Of a DNA stretch of 64,000 nucleotides, positions 51,533 to 61,291 are shown piece by piece. Numbering within the stretch: the stretch's first letter is position 1; every line of letters starts with the position of its first letter. Location of the stretch: the NCBI GenBank assembly GCA_032128115.1, contig JAQBHB010000093.1, positions 1 through 64,000 on the forward strand. Reading direction: 5' to 3'. The notes beneath the pieces are model-generated. The model did no database searches. It saw nothing but the letters and a program-made list of their open reading frames with translations, and was not told where the DNA came from. Origin of the DNA: Deltaproteobacteria bacterium (lineage in GTDB: Bacteria > Myxococcota_A > UBA9160 > SMWR01). The translations under genes were made by a program, and so were the position numbers.

Positions 51533-53995
51533 GTGGCTGCCCGTCTCGGGGTTGGGGGGCGTTTGACACGGATCGCTGCGACATGGGTCGCACTCGCCGC
51601 CGTGGCGGTTGCGGCCCCCGGGATCGCGGCCGTCGAGGCGCCCGACGAGTCCAGCGCCCCCGCCTACCAGCTCACCTGCGAGTCGCTCGAGTACGTCCCC
51701 GCCGACAAGATCTTCGTCGCCCGCGGCTCGGTGGTGCTGCGCCAGGGCGATCGCGTGCTCACCTCCGATTGGATGACATTCAGCAATGCGACCCGTCGCG
51801 GTGTCGCCAGTGGCAACGTGGTCTTGCGCGAGGGCGACGATGTCCTGCGGGCCCAGTTCATCGCGTTCGACACGCGGGATCTGACCGGCATCGTGTTCGA
51901 GGGGAGCTTCGTCGGCGATGGAGTCTTCCAGCTGTCGGGCGCCGAGATCCGCAAGACCGGAGACGACACCTACGGCTTCGAGAAGGGTGTGTTCACCTCG
52001 TGCCAGTGCGACGACCCCGAGGCGACGGATCCGTGGACGATCAAGGCCGACACTGCCGACCTGGAGGTAGGTGGCTACGGCACCGCGCGCAATACCACCT
52101 TCGAGGTGCTTGGGGTTCCCGCCGTGTGGTTCCCCTGGATGATCTACCCGCTGAAAACGGAACGCCAGACGGGGTTCCTGCTGCCGTCGATCGGGTACTC
52201 GAGCGGGGGCGCCGAGCTGGGCCTGCCGTTCTTCTGGGCCGCGCGCGACCAACTCAACGTGACCCTCACGCCGGTCTGGTACTCCAGCCGGGGATTCCAG
52301 GGCAATGCGGAGTTCGACTACGTGTACGGTCAGGACTCCCGGGGTGACCTATTCGGCTCCTACATCAATGACCAGGACCTCAACCCCAACACCGGCCCCA
52401 CGCCGTACGACCGCAATCGCTGGCTCGCCATGGGCACACAGGACGCCCAGCTGCCGGGCCGCTTCCGCGCCAAGGCCGACTTCAAACTGTTCTCGGACAA
52501 CGATTATCCAGGGGATTTCGTTCCGGCGAGCCGATACCGGTTCGATCGCTACGTGGAGTCGGTGGGCTTCGTGGGGGGTGCCCTGGGGAGCGCTGGCCGT
52601 CTGGGCTTGAGTGCCGCCATCGAGTGGGCCGACGACCTGCAGGCCCCGGACGACACGGACCGGGATCCGTATCTGCTGCAGCGTCTTCCCACCAGCCAGC
52701 TCACCGTATTGCCCACCCCGTTGCGCGGCGCCCGCTTCTTCGTGCCGGCCCTGGATGCCGAGTACACCTATTTCCATCCGCGCAAGAACCCGGCGGGACG
52801 GCTGCCGTCAGCGGCCGGCACCGATGCCAGCGGCGCGCTCTTCTACGACACCGGAGCCGACGGCATGTTCGACGTGGACGAGCGCAACGCCGCGGGCATG
52901 AAGGTCGGTGTGGACAACCACATGGACAACCTGGGTGCGGGAACGGGTCGCCAGGTAACCGAGCTGGACTCGCTGTTCCAGGAGGGCGAGCCCCTGGATG
53001 ACTGGGGCCATCGTCTCCGGATCTCCCCCCGCCTGGGGATGCCCTTTCGTCTGGGCGGCGTGGCGGAGCTGTATCCCGAGGTGTCGTGGTACGAGACGCT
53101 CTACGACAGCAACAAGAAGGGTTTCGAGTCCAGGGGCCTGTTCACGGCGCGGGCCGACCTTCGAACCCGCCTGCGCCGCCGCTTCGACAACGGCGTCACC
53201 CATGTGATGGAGCCCCGCCTGAGCTACGCGCTGGTCACCCAGACGGGGCAATCCGGCGACCCCTTCTTCGTGCCCAACACCGCCATCCCCCAGGAACGTC
53301 TGCGCGAGCTCGATCTCGAGAACGTGGTGCGCGACCCGGCCGACCGGATCTCGCGCTTCAACGGAATCACCCTGGGCCTGGGCAACCGCTTCTTCGCGGC
53401 GCCAACCGACCGGGAGGGCCCGCGGTTGCTTGCGGATTTCTCGCTCTCGGCGGGCTACGAGTTCTACTCCCAGGACTTCGCGGCGATCTACCTGGACGGG
53501 CGCACGTTCCCCATGAAAAACCTGGAGGGCCGCGTCAGCGTGGGCTTCGATCCGAAGTCGGTGCAGCTGGACGAGGCCCTGGCGGAGATGATCTGGAACT
53601 TCGACCGGGGCTACGCGGCCGTTGGCTACCGCTATCTGCGCGACGTGCCCAACGTGTACGAGAACTTCCTGTCGGCCGACCGCTTCAGCGAGTTCTCGAG
53701 CTTTCGGCGGGTCAGCCAGCTGGACACCAACCTCCGCTACCAGCTCGGCCAGAGCTGGGCCCTGACCTACCAGCTCTACTACCAGATCGACGGCTCGTTC
53801 CTGGTCGACAACACGGGAGGCGTCGAATACACCTCGAAATGCGGCTGCTGGTCCATGCGGCTCGAAGGGGGCTGGGACCGCTCGGGCGGGGTGCAGGTGG
53901 GGCTCTTCTACACGCTCACTGGCCTGGGGAGTGACCAGAGCCGCGTCCAGGGCCGCCGCGCGGTGTTGCTTGACGACGTGCGAGGCGTGCGATAA
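51533..53995 (+). CDS. lptD: LPS assembly protein LptD
   Basis: OstA-like N domain, FTSCQC...PW.I.A, ERQTGFLLPSIG, PFFWA, SD.DY..DF, H.MEP, C-terminal Y...CGCW. Confidence 0.88.
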   Translation: MAARLGVGGRLTRIAATWVALAAVAVAAPGIAAVEAPDESSAPAYQLTCESLEYVPADKIFVARGSVVLRQGDRVLTSDWMTFSNATRRGVASGNVVLREGDDVLRAQFIAFDTRDLTGIVFEGSFVGDGVFQLSGAEIRKTGDDTYGFEKGVFTSCQCDDPEATDPWTIKADTADLEVGGYGTARNTTFEVLGVPAVWFPWMIYPLKTERQTGFLLPSIGYSSGGAELGLPFFWAARDQLNVTLTPVWYSSRGFQGNAEFDYVYGQDSRGDLFGSYINDQDLNPNTGPTPYDRNRWLAMGTQDAQLPGRFRAKADFKLFSDNDYPGDFVPASRYRFDRYVESVGFVGGALGSAGRLGLSAAIEWADDLQAPDDTDRDPYLLQRLPTSQLTVLPTPLRGARFFVPALDAEYTYFHPRKNPAGRLPSAAGTDASGALFYDTGADGMFDVDERNAAGMKVGVDNHMDNLGAGTGRQVTELDSLFQEGEPLDDWGHRLRISPRLGMPFRLGGVAELYPEVSWYETLYDSNKKGFESRGLFTARADLRTRLRRRFDNGVTHVMEPRLSYALVTQTGQSGDPFFVPNTAIPQERLRELDLENVVRDPADRISRFNGITLGLGNRFFAAPTDREGPRLLADFSLSAGYEFYSQDFAAIYLDGRTFPMKNLEGRVSVGFDPKSVQLDEALAEMIWNFDRGYAAVGYRYLRDVPNVYENFLSADRFSEFSSFRRVSQLDTNLRYQLGQSWALTYQLYYQIDGSFLVDNTGGVEYTSKCGCWSMRLEGGWDRSGGVQVGLFYTLTGLGSDQSRVQGRRAVLLDDVRGVR

Positions 53996-54079
53996 CAAGC
54001 GGAAACTGCAAAGTTTTTCAACTTCCAGCGCGAGCCAGCAGACCGTGTAGACCCCGGTTCTGGCTCGCCAGAGGCCCCG

Positions 54080-55567
54080 GTGCTCCGCCCGTCCAAGGAA
54101 GCGTTCGAAGCGCTCGCGAAACGAGGGAACCTGATCCCCGTCGTTCGCGAGATGCTGGTCGATCTGGACACGCCGCTTTCGCTGTTCCGGCGCCTGGACG
54201 ACGGTCGCACCAGCTTCCTGTTCGAATCCGTGGAGGGGGGCGAGAAGTGGGCCCGCTACAGCTTCCTGGGCAGCGGGGCCAGGGCCATCTTCCGAGCCCG
54301 GGGCTCGGAGGTCGAGTGGGAGGAGGCGGGCCGGACCGAGCGGGTTCGGGTCACCGGCGACCCGCTGGAGTTCCTGCGCCAGAAGCTCTCGGAACTCCGG
54401 TGCGTGACCCCCGAAGAGGTCGAGCTTCCGCGCTTCCTGGGCGGAGCCGTGGGACGGGTGAGCTACGACTGGGTCCGCTTCGTGGAGAGGATTCCCGACG
54501 CGAACCCGGACGAGGTCGACATGCCCGACCTCTGGTTCGTGTTGCCCGAGACGGTGGTGGTGGTCGACAACGTTCGCCACACCGCCTACCTGGTGCGTCA
54601 CGTGCAGCTTGCGCCGGGCGCCGACAGCGACCTGCTGTTTCGCCAGGCCGTGGAGGCGCTCGAAGCCATGGTGCGAAGGCTGCGCCAGCCGCTCCCTGCC
54701 GAGGAGCCGGGTGTGCCGGTGCGCGCCCCCATGGACGTGCAGCGCAGCATGACGCGCGAGGCCTTTCACGAGATCGTCAAGAAGGCCAAGGACTACATCG
54801 AGGCCGGCGACATCTTCCAGGTGGTGCTGTCCCTGCAGTTCCGCATCCCGCTGCAGGTGGACCCGTTCACGATCTATCGGCACCTGCGCCTGATCAACCC
54901 GAGCCCCTATCTGTTCTTCCTGCGCTGCGAGGGACCGGTGGTGATCGGATCGTCGCCAGAGATCCTGGTGCGGCTGGAGGACGGCCGCGTGGACGTGCGG
55001 CCCATTGCCGGAACCCGCCGGCGCGGCCGCGACCAGGAGGAGGACGCGGCTCTCGAGCAGGAGCTGTTGGCCGACCCCAAGGAGTGCGCCGAGCATCTGA
55101 TGCTGGTGGACCTGGGCCGGAACGACGTGGGGCGGGTGGCCGAGACCGGCAGTGTCCACGTGAACGAGTTTTCCAATGTGGAGCGCTACTCCCACGTGAT
55201 GCACATCGTCTCGAACGTGCAGGGCCGCCTGCGATCGGGCCTCGACTGGCTGGATCTGCTGCGGGCCACGTTTCCCGCCGGCACCCTGTCGGGTGCCCCC
55301 AAGGTGCGCGCCATGGAGATCATCGACGAGCTCGAGACGCTCCGCCGCGGCCCCTACGGCGGCTGTGTGGGCTACATCGACTACTCCGGCAACATGGATA
55401 CGGCCATCGCCATTCGAACCATGCTGGTGAAGGATGGCGAGATCTTCCTCCGGACCGGTGCCGGGATCGTGGCCGACTCCGATCCGGATCTGGAGTTCGA
55501 CGAGTGCGTGAACAAGGCGCGCGCACTCGTCGAGGCCATCGACTTCGCCCGTGAGGGGATCGACTGA
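54080..55567 (+). CDS. trpE: Anthranilate synthase component I
   Basis: FLFESVEGGEKWARYSF, GDIFQVVLS, NPSPY, PIAGT, EHLMLVDLGRND, FPAGTLSGAPK. Confidence 0.96.
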   Translation: MLRPSKEAFEALAKRGNLIPVVREMLVDLDTPLSLFRRLDDGRTSFLFESVEGGEKWARYSFLGSGARAIFRARGSEVEWEEAGRTERVRVTGDPLEFLRQKLSELRCVTPEEVELPRFLGGAVGRVSYDWVRFVERIPDANPDEVDMPDLWFVLPETVVVVDNVRHTAYLVRHVQLAPGADSDLLFRQAVEALEAMVRRLRQPLPAEEPGVPVRAPMDVQRSMTREAFHEIVKKAKDYIEAGDIFQVVLSLQFRIPLQVDPFTIYRHLRLINPSPYLFFLRCEGPVVIGSSPEILVRLEDGRVDVRPIAGTRRRGRDQEEDAALEQELLADPKECAEHLMLVDLGRNDVGRVAETGSVHVNEFSNVERYSHVMHIVSNVQGRLRSGLDWLDLLRATFPAGTLSGAPKVRAMEIIDELETLRRGPYGGCVGYIDYSGNMDTAIAIRTMLVKDGEIFLRTGAGIVADSDPDLEFDECVNKARALVEAIDFAREGID

Positions 55568-55592
55568 CCGGCTCGCCACCGGGGACGAAAGC

Positions 55593-56183
55593 ATGCGTCT
55601 CCTGATGATCGATAACTACGACTCCTTCACGTACAACCTCGTCCAGTACCTTGCGGAGTTGGGCGCGCACGTGGAGGTGGTGCGCAACGATGCCGCTCGA
55701 GCCGACGAGCTGCTGGATCGCGGCCCTTCCGGCGTGGTGATCTCGCCTGGCCCGGGACGCCCCGAGGACGCCGGCATCACGCTGGACACGGTGCGCGGCT
55801 GCGCGCAACGCGGGATTCCCCTGCTGGGAGTCTGCCTGGGACACCAGGCCATCGGGCTCGCCTATGGGGGGCGCATCGTGCGGGCCCGTTCGATCATGCA
55901 CGGCAAGGTGTCGAGCATCGATCACGACGGAGCCGGCGTATTTTGCGACCTGCCGTCTCCCATCCGGGCCACCCGCTACCACTCGCTGGTGATCGGGAGC
56001 GACGGGTTTCCCGACGTGCTGGAGGTGACCGCCCGGACCGCGGACGGCGAGATCATGGGCGTGCGGCACCGGGAGCAGCCCATCGAGGGTGTGCAGTTCC
56101 ATCCCGAGTCGATCCTGACCGAGGCGGGCAAGCCCCTGCTCCGGAACTTCCTGGCCCACTGTGGCGGCAATCCGGCGACATGA
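55593..56183 (+). CDS. trpG: Anthranilate synthase component II (glutamine amidotransferase)
   Basis: IDNYDSFTYNL, SPGPG, GVCLGHQ, RYHSL, QFHPES. Confidence 0.96.
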   Translation: MRLLMIDNYDSFTYNLVQYLAELGAHVEVVRNDAARADELLDRGPSGVVISPGPGRPEDAGITLDTVRGCAQRGIPLLGVCLGHQAIGLAYGGRIVRARSIMHGKVSSIDHDGAGVFCDLPSPIRATRYHSLVIGSDGFPDVLEVTARTADGEIMGVRHREQPIEGVQFHPESILTEAGKPLLRNFLAHCGGNPAT

Positions 56184-57193
56184 GCCTCCAGGAAGCGATC
56201 GAGGTGGCCGTGACCGGCGAGGAGGTCCCCAGCGACATCCTCGAATCCGCGTTCGAGGAGATCGTCGGGGGCAAGGCATCGGCCCTATCCATCGCTGCGC
56301 TGCTCGTGGCGTTGCGCACCCGCGGCGAGACCGTGGGCGAGATCGCGGCGGCGGCTCGGGTCCTGCGCGCCCACGCCGAGACGGCCGCGAGGCCCGATCC
56401 GCGCAGCGTGGACATCTGTGGCACCGGCGGCGATGGCATGCAGACCTTCAACATCTCCACCACGGCGGCTTTTGTCGTGGCGGGCGCGGGCGTGCCGGTG
56501 GCCAAGCACGGGAATCGTGCGGCCAGCAGCCGTAGCGGGAGCATCGACGTGCTGGAGGCGCTGGGGGTGGCGGTGGACCTGTCGGTCGAGGAGTCGGCCG
56601 CGATCCTGTCCGAGGTGGGAATCGCTCCGTTCTTCGCGCGGCGCGCCCACCCGGCCATGCGCTTCGTGGCCCGGGCGCGGGAGCAGCTGGGAATCCGCAC
56701 GATCATGAACTGCCTGGGGCCCCTGCTCAACCCAGTGGGCGTGCGCTTCCAACTGGTGGGCGTGTACGCCGCGAACCTGGTGGAGCCTCTGGCGATGGCG
56801 CTGGGCGAGCTGGGTGCCGAGCGCGCCCTGGTGGTGCACGGCTCGGATGGCATGGACGAGGTCACCACCACCGGCACCACCCTCGCCGCGCTCTGGGCCC
56901 GTGACCACGTGGACATGCTGGAGATCGATCCCGGCGACGTGGGCCTGCCGCGGTCGGTGCCGGGCTCGCTGCGCGGCGGAGACGTCCATGAGAATGCCAG
57001 GATCACCCGCGCCGTGCTCGCGGGCGAGACCGGTGCCCGCCGCGACATCGTCCTGATCAATGCCGCCGCCGCCCTGTGGGTCGCAGGCGCCTGCGCCGAC
57101 CTGGGCGAGGGTATGGAGCAGGCGCGCGAGAGCATCGATTCGGGTGCCGCCCGCCGTCGGCTCGATCAGCTGGTGGCGGCGGGGTCCCGGTGA
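56180..57193 (+). CDS. trpD: Anthranilate phosphoribosyltransferase
   Basis: DICGTGGDG..TFNIST, KHGNRAASSRSGS.DVLEALG, GPL.NP, DGMDE. Confidence 0.96.
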   Translation: MSLQEAIEVAVTGEEVPSDILESAFEEIVGGKASALSIAALLVALRTRGETVGEIAAAARVLRAHAETAARPDPRSVDICGTGGDGMQTFNISTTAAFVVAGAGVPVAKHGNRAASSRSGSIDVLEALGVAVDLSVEESAAILSEVGIAPFFARRAHPAMRFVARAREQLGIRTIMNCLGPLLNPVGVRFQLVGVYAANLVEPLAMALGELGAERALVVHGSDGMDEVTTTGTTLAALWARDHVDMLEIDPGDVGLPRSVPGSLRGGDVHENARITRAVLAGETGARRDIVLINAAAALWVAGACADLGEGMEQARESIDSGAARRRLDQLVAAGSR

Positions 57194-58011
57194 GTGCGCC
57201 CGTGAACGAGTCTCCCGGTGGCCGCGTCGCCATTCTCGACGAGATCCTCGGCCACAAGCGTCGCGAGCTGAAAAGGGCGAGGGCGGCCGTTCCGGCCGGG
57301 GAGATGGAGCGGCGCGCGCGCGAGCGGGGGGAGCCGACGCGAGGCTTCCGGGAGGCCCTGCGCACGGCGCCGGCGCCCCGGGTGATCGCGGAGATCAAGC
57401 GGCGGTCTCCCAGCCGCGGGGAGATCCGTGCCGATTTCGACCCCGCGGCGTGTGCGCGGGCCTATGCTTCGGGCGGGGCGGCGGCGCTCTCGGTGCTGAC
57501 CGACGAGCACTACTTCGGTGGCCACCTGGACTTCCTGGCGGCCGCTCGCGGGCAGGTAGAGCTCCCGATCCTGCGCAAGGACTTCATCGTGGACCCCTAC
57601 CAGGTGGACGAGACCCGAGCCGGCGGAGCCGATGCGGTGCTCCTGATCGTGGCCGCGCTGTCGCCGGCCGACCTGCGCAGCCTGCGGGAGCGGGCGGTCG
57701 CCTGGGGCCTGGACGTCCTGATCGAGGTCCACGAGGAGTCCGAGATCCAGGTGGCTCTCGAGGCGGGTGCCGACCTGGTGGGCATCAACAACCGTGATCT
57801 CCGCAGCTTCCAGGTGGACCTGGGGGTGTGCGAGCGGCTGCTACCGAAGCTGCCGGAAGGGGTTCTGGCGGTGGCAGAAAGTGGCATCTTCTCGGCGGGC
57901 GATGTTACGCGTCTGGAGTCTGTGGGCGCGCACGCTTTCCTGGTCGGTGAAGCGTTGATGCGGGAACGCGACATCGGCCTCGCGCTACGTCGACTGAGGA
58001 GGACCTCGTGA
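57190..58011 (+). CDS. trpC: Indole-3-glycerol phosphate synthase
   Basis: IAEIKRRSPSRG, SVLTD..YFGG, LRKDFI, GINNRDL, AESGI. Confidence 0.96.
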   Translation: MSAPVNESPGGRVAILDEILGHKRRELKRARAAVPAGEMERRARERGEPTRGFREALRTAPAPRVIAEIKRRSPSRGEIRADFDPAACARAYASGGAAALSVLTDEHYFGGHLDFLAAARGQVELPILRKDFIVDPYQVDETRAGGADAVLLIVAALSPADLRSLRERAVAWGLDVLIEVHEESEIQVALEAGADLVGINNRDLRSFQVDLGVCERLLPKLPEGVLAVAESGIFSAGDVTRLESVGAHAFLVGEALMRERDIGLALRRLRRTS

Positions 58012-58637
58012 GCGGTCATATCCGGGTCAAGATCTGCGGGATCACACATCCCGACGACGCGCAGGCGGCGGTGGACGCCGGTGCGGATCTGATCGGGCTG
58101 AATTTCGTGCCGGGATCTCCCCGCGAGCTGCAGATCAAGGCGGCCGTGGAGATCGCCGACCGTGTGGCGGGTCAGGTGGAACGGGTGGCGATCTTCTGCG
58201 ATGCCACGCCCGATGAAGTGGAACGGGTGTTGCGCCGTGTCGAGCTGGAACGCATCCAGTTCCACGGGAGCGAGTCCGAGGAGGATGTGGAAGCCGTCGA
58301 CCTGCCCGTGATCAAGTCCATCCGGGGCGCCGATGCGCAAGCCGCCGAAGCGTATCCGGGCACGCTCCTGTTGCTGGATCACCCATCCGGACCCGCCGGC
58401 AGCGGCCAGGCCTGGAGGTGGATCGAATCCCTGCCCCTGATCGAGCAGGGGCACGACGTGATCCTGGCGGGCGGTCTGGATCCGGACAACGTGGCAGCCG
58501 TCCTGGGAGAGTTCGAGGACATGCTGCCCTGGGGTGTAGACGTTGCCACCGGTGTCGAGGGTGACGCACCGCGCAAGGACGCGGCGCGGATCGCGGCCTT
58601 CGTGGAAGCGGTGCGCAAGGCCGAGGTGAGCGAGTGA
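58008..58637 (+). CDS. trpF: Phosphoribosylanthranilate isomerase
   Basis: [30 protein letters not shown]. Confidence 0.95.
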   Translation: MSGHIRVKICGITHPDDAQAAVDAGADLIGLNFVPGSPRELQIKAAVEIADRVAGQVERVAIFCDATPDEVERVLRRVELERIQFHGSESEEDVEAVDLPVIKSIRGADAQAAEAYPGTLLLLDHPSGPAGSGQAWRWIESLPLIEQGHDVILAGGLDPDNVAAVLGEFEDMLPWGVDVATGVEGDAPRKDAARIAAFVEAVRKAEVSE

Positions 58638-59839
58638 AGAGCGAGGCGGACGAGCACGGACACTTCGGCGAGTACGGCGGCCGGTACGTGCCGGAGACGC
58701 TGGTGGCGGCGCTCGACGAGCTGCGAGAGGCCTACCCCCGGATCTCGGCAACCGCCGTGTTTCGCGCCGAGCTGGACGATCTGCTCGCCCGCTACGTCGG
58801 GCGCCCCACGCCACTCACCGAGGCGCGGCGCATGACCGCCGACCTGGGCGGCGCCCGCGTGTTCCTCAAGCGCGAGGACCTGGCCCACACCGGCGCCCAC
58901 AAGATCAACAATGTGCTTGGGCAGTGCCTGCTGGCGCGCCACATGGGCAAGCGCCGGGTGATCGCCGAGACCGGAGCCGGACAACACGGCGTGGCCACGG
59001 CCACGGCCTGCGCCCTCATGGACCTCGAGTGCGAGGTCTACATGGGGGAGGAGGACATCCGGCGTCAGGAGCTCAACCTCTTCCGCATGGAGCTGCTCGG
59101 CGCTCGGGTGATTCCGGTGACCAGCGGGTCGCGCACGCTCAAGGACGCCACCAACGAGGCGCTCCGCGATTGGGTGACCCATGTGGAGACCACCTACTAC
59201 TGCATCGGCTCGGTGATGGGGCCGCACCCCTACCCCACGCTCGTGCGCAACTTCCAGCGGGTCATCGGTCTGGAGACCCGCGATCAGATCCTGGCCGCCG
59301 CGGGCCGCCTGCCCGACGTGTTGATGGCCTGCATCGGCGGCGGTTCGAACGCCCTGGGCCTGTTCCATCCGTTCCTGGCGGACGGCGACGTGCGCATGAT
59401 CGGAGTCGAGGCGGCCGGGGAGGGCATCGAGACCGGCCGTCACGGTGCCGCGCTCTGCAGTGGGGTTTCCGGCGTGTTGCACGGCATGCGCAGCCTGCTG
59501 CTCTCGGATGACGACGGACAGATCTTTCCCGCCCACTCGATCTCGGCGGGTCTCGACTATCCCAGCGTGGGCCCGGAACACGCCTCGCTTCGCGACCGGG
59601 GTCGCGCCGAATATGTGTCCGTCAGCGACGAGGAGGCGTTGGACGCGTTCCAGTACCTGTCGCGGCTCGAGGGCATCATCCCCGCGCTCGAATCGGCGCA
59701 CGCGGTGGCGTATGCGCGCAAGTTCGTGCCCGGATTGCCCGCCGAATCCCTGGTGGTGATCAACCTCTCGGGGCGGGGCGACAAGGATGCGCCCCTGGTT
59801 CGCGAGTTGCTCGCGGCGCGCGAGGCCGGGAAGCACTGA
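58634..59839 (+). CDS. trpB: Tryptophan synthase beta chain
   Basis: [57 protein letters not shown]. Confidence 0.98.
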   Translation: MKSEADEHGHFGEYGGRYVPETLVAALDELREAYPRISATAVFRAELDDLLARYVGRPTPLTEARRMTADLGGARVFLKREDLAHTGAHKINNVLGQCLLARHMGKRRVIAETGAGQHGVATATACALMDLECEVYMGEEDIRRQELNLFRMELLGARVIPVTSGSRTLKDATNEALRDWVTHVETTYYCIGSVMGPHPYPTLVRNFQRVIGLETRDQILAAAGRLPDVLMACIGGGSNALGLFHPFLADGDVRMIGVEAAGEGIETGRHGAALCSGVSGVLHGMRSLLLSDDDGQIFPAHSISAGLDYPSVGPEHASLRDRGRAEYVSVSDEEALDAFQYLSRLEGIIPALESAHAVAYARKFVPGLPAESLVVINLSGRGDKDAPLVRELLAAREAGKH

Positions 59840-60642
59840 TGAGCCGTCTCGCCGGGTGTTTCGCCGCGCTTCGAGCGCGCGGCGAACGCGCCTTGATTCC
59901 CTTCGTGACCGCGGGAGACCCGGACCTGGGCACCACCGCAGAGCTGGTGCTTGCGCTGGCGGATGCGGGCGCCGATGCCATCGAACTCGGCGTTCCGTTC
60001 TCGGATCCGATGGCCGATGGCCCCACCATCCAGAGGGCCAGCGAGCGTGCCCTGCGCTCGGGCGCGTCGTTGCGCCGGGTGCTGGAGCTGGTCAAGGGAT
60101 TGCGGCCGCAAACCGAGATTCCCGTGATCCTGATGGGTTACGCCAACTCGTTCTACACCCTGGGCGTCGACGCGTTCGCCGAGGGCGCGCGCGAGGCCGG
60201 GGTCGACGGGCTGATCTGTGTCGACCTGCCGCCGGAAGAGGGCGAAGACCTGTTTGGCGCGGCGCGTCGCTGCGGCATCGACCCGGTGCTGCTGGCGGCG
60301 CCCACGACCCGGCCCGAACGCCTGGCCATGTTGGCGGACCAGACCCGGGGCTTCCTCTATTACGTGTCGCTCACCGGAGTGACCAGCGCACGGGCCCGCG
60401 TGGGACAGGGCGTGGAAGCGGCGGTCCGGCAGCTGCGGAACATTTCCGAGATCCCGGTGTGTGTGGGCTTCGGGGTTTCGAAGCCCGAGCACGCGGCGGA
60501 GATCGGGGCCTACGCCGATGGCGTGGTGGTGGGGAGTGCCCTGATCGACCGCCTGGAGAGGGCGAGCAGCCGCGAGTCGGCCATCAGCGATGCCGCGTCG
60601 TTCGTGGCGGCCCTCAAGCAGCCGCTTCGCGCCCGGCCGTAG
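59839..60642 (+). CDS. trpA: Tryptophan synthase alpha chain
   Basis: FVTAGDP, ELGVPFSDPMADGPTIQ, DLPPEE, GFLYYVS..GVT, VGFGV, DGVVVGSA. Confidence 0.98.
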   Translation: MSRLAGCFAALRARGERALIPFVTAGDPDLGTTAELVLALADAGADAIELGVPFSDPMADGPTIQRASERALRSGASLRRVLELVKGLRPQTEIPVILMGYANSFYTLGVDAFAEGAREAGVDGLICVDLPPEEGEDLFGAARRCGIDPVLLAAPTTRPERLAMLADQTRGFLYYVSLTGVTSARARVGQGVEAAVRQLRNISEIPVCVGFGVSKPEHAAEIGAYADGVVVGSALIDRLERASSRESAISDAASFVAALKQPLRARP

Positions 60643-61267
60643 GATCGTCCTCGCCGGTCAGTTGGGCGTAGAGTTCCCGCACCTGGCGCAAGGTCGCCTC
60701 CGGGGTGCCTGCGTTGTCGATCACGTGGTCTGCCAGCTGCTTCTTGTCCTCTATGGGCATCTGGGAGGCGATGCGGCGCAGGGCCTCCTCCCGGTCGCAG
60801 CCGTCGCGGGCCATCTGTCGGCTCACCTGGATCTCGGGGGGCACGTAGACGAGCACGCTGGCGTCGACGCCCAACTGGGCGGCACTTCCCGTGCCCGCGG
60901 CGCGCCCTTCGAAGAGCAGGGGGATGTCGAGCACGACAAGCGGTGCGCCGGCATCGCGGGCGGCGGCGGTGCGCCGCGCCATCTCGGCGCCCACCGGGGG
61001 GTGCACGATGCGTCCCAGCAGCTCACGCGCAGCCGGGTCGCGGAAGACCAGCGCGCCCAGGGCAACCCGGTCCAGGCTGCCGTCGGCCGCCTGGACGTCC
61101 GGACCGAAGGCCCGGACGATCTCGTCCAGAACCGGGCTGCCGGGTGCCTGGAGTTCGTGCACGATGGCGTCGGCGTCCACCAGCACGGCACCCAGGGCCA
61201 CGAGCTGCCTGGCCACGCTGCTCTTGCCCGAGGCGATGCCCCCCGACAACCCGACGATCCGCGTCAC
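60614..61267 (-). CDS. coaE: Dephospho-CoA kinase
   Basis: GLSGGIASGKS, DAD, DR..LG..VF, HP, DIPLLFE, R...RDG, SQMP. Confidence 0.96.
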   Translation of the reverse strand: MTRIVGLSGGIASGKSSVARQLVALGAVLVDADAIVHELQAPGSPVLDEIVRAFGPDVQAADGSLDRVALGALVFRDPAARELLGRIVHPPVGAEMARRTAAARDAGAPLVVLDIPLLFEGRAAGTGSAAQLGVDASVLVYVPPEIQVSRQMARDGCDREEALRRIASQMPIEDKKQLADHVIDNAGTPEATLRQVRELYAQLTGEDDPTAGREAAA

Positions 61268-61291
61268 CCGGGCAGCATACAGCGATCTCGA

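Noticed and set aside
53996..54079. trp attenuator or leader peptide
   Set aside because: No Trp-codon-rich short ORF or terminator hairpin seen; trpEGDCFBA is otherwise an ordinary operon.
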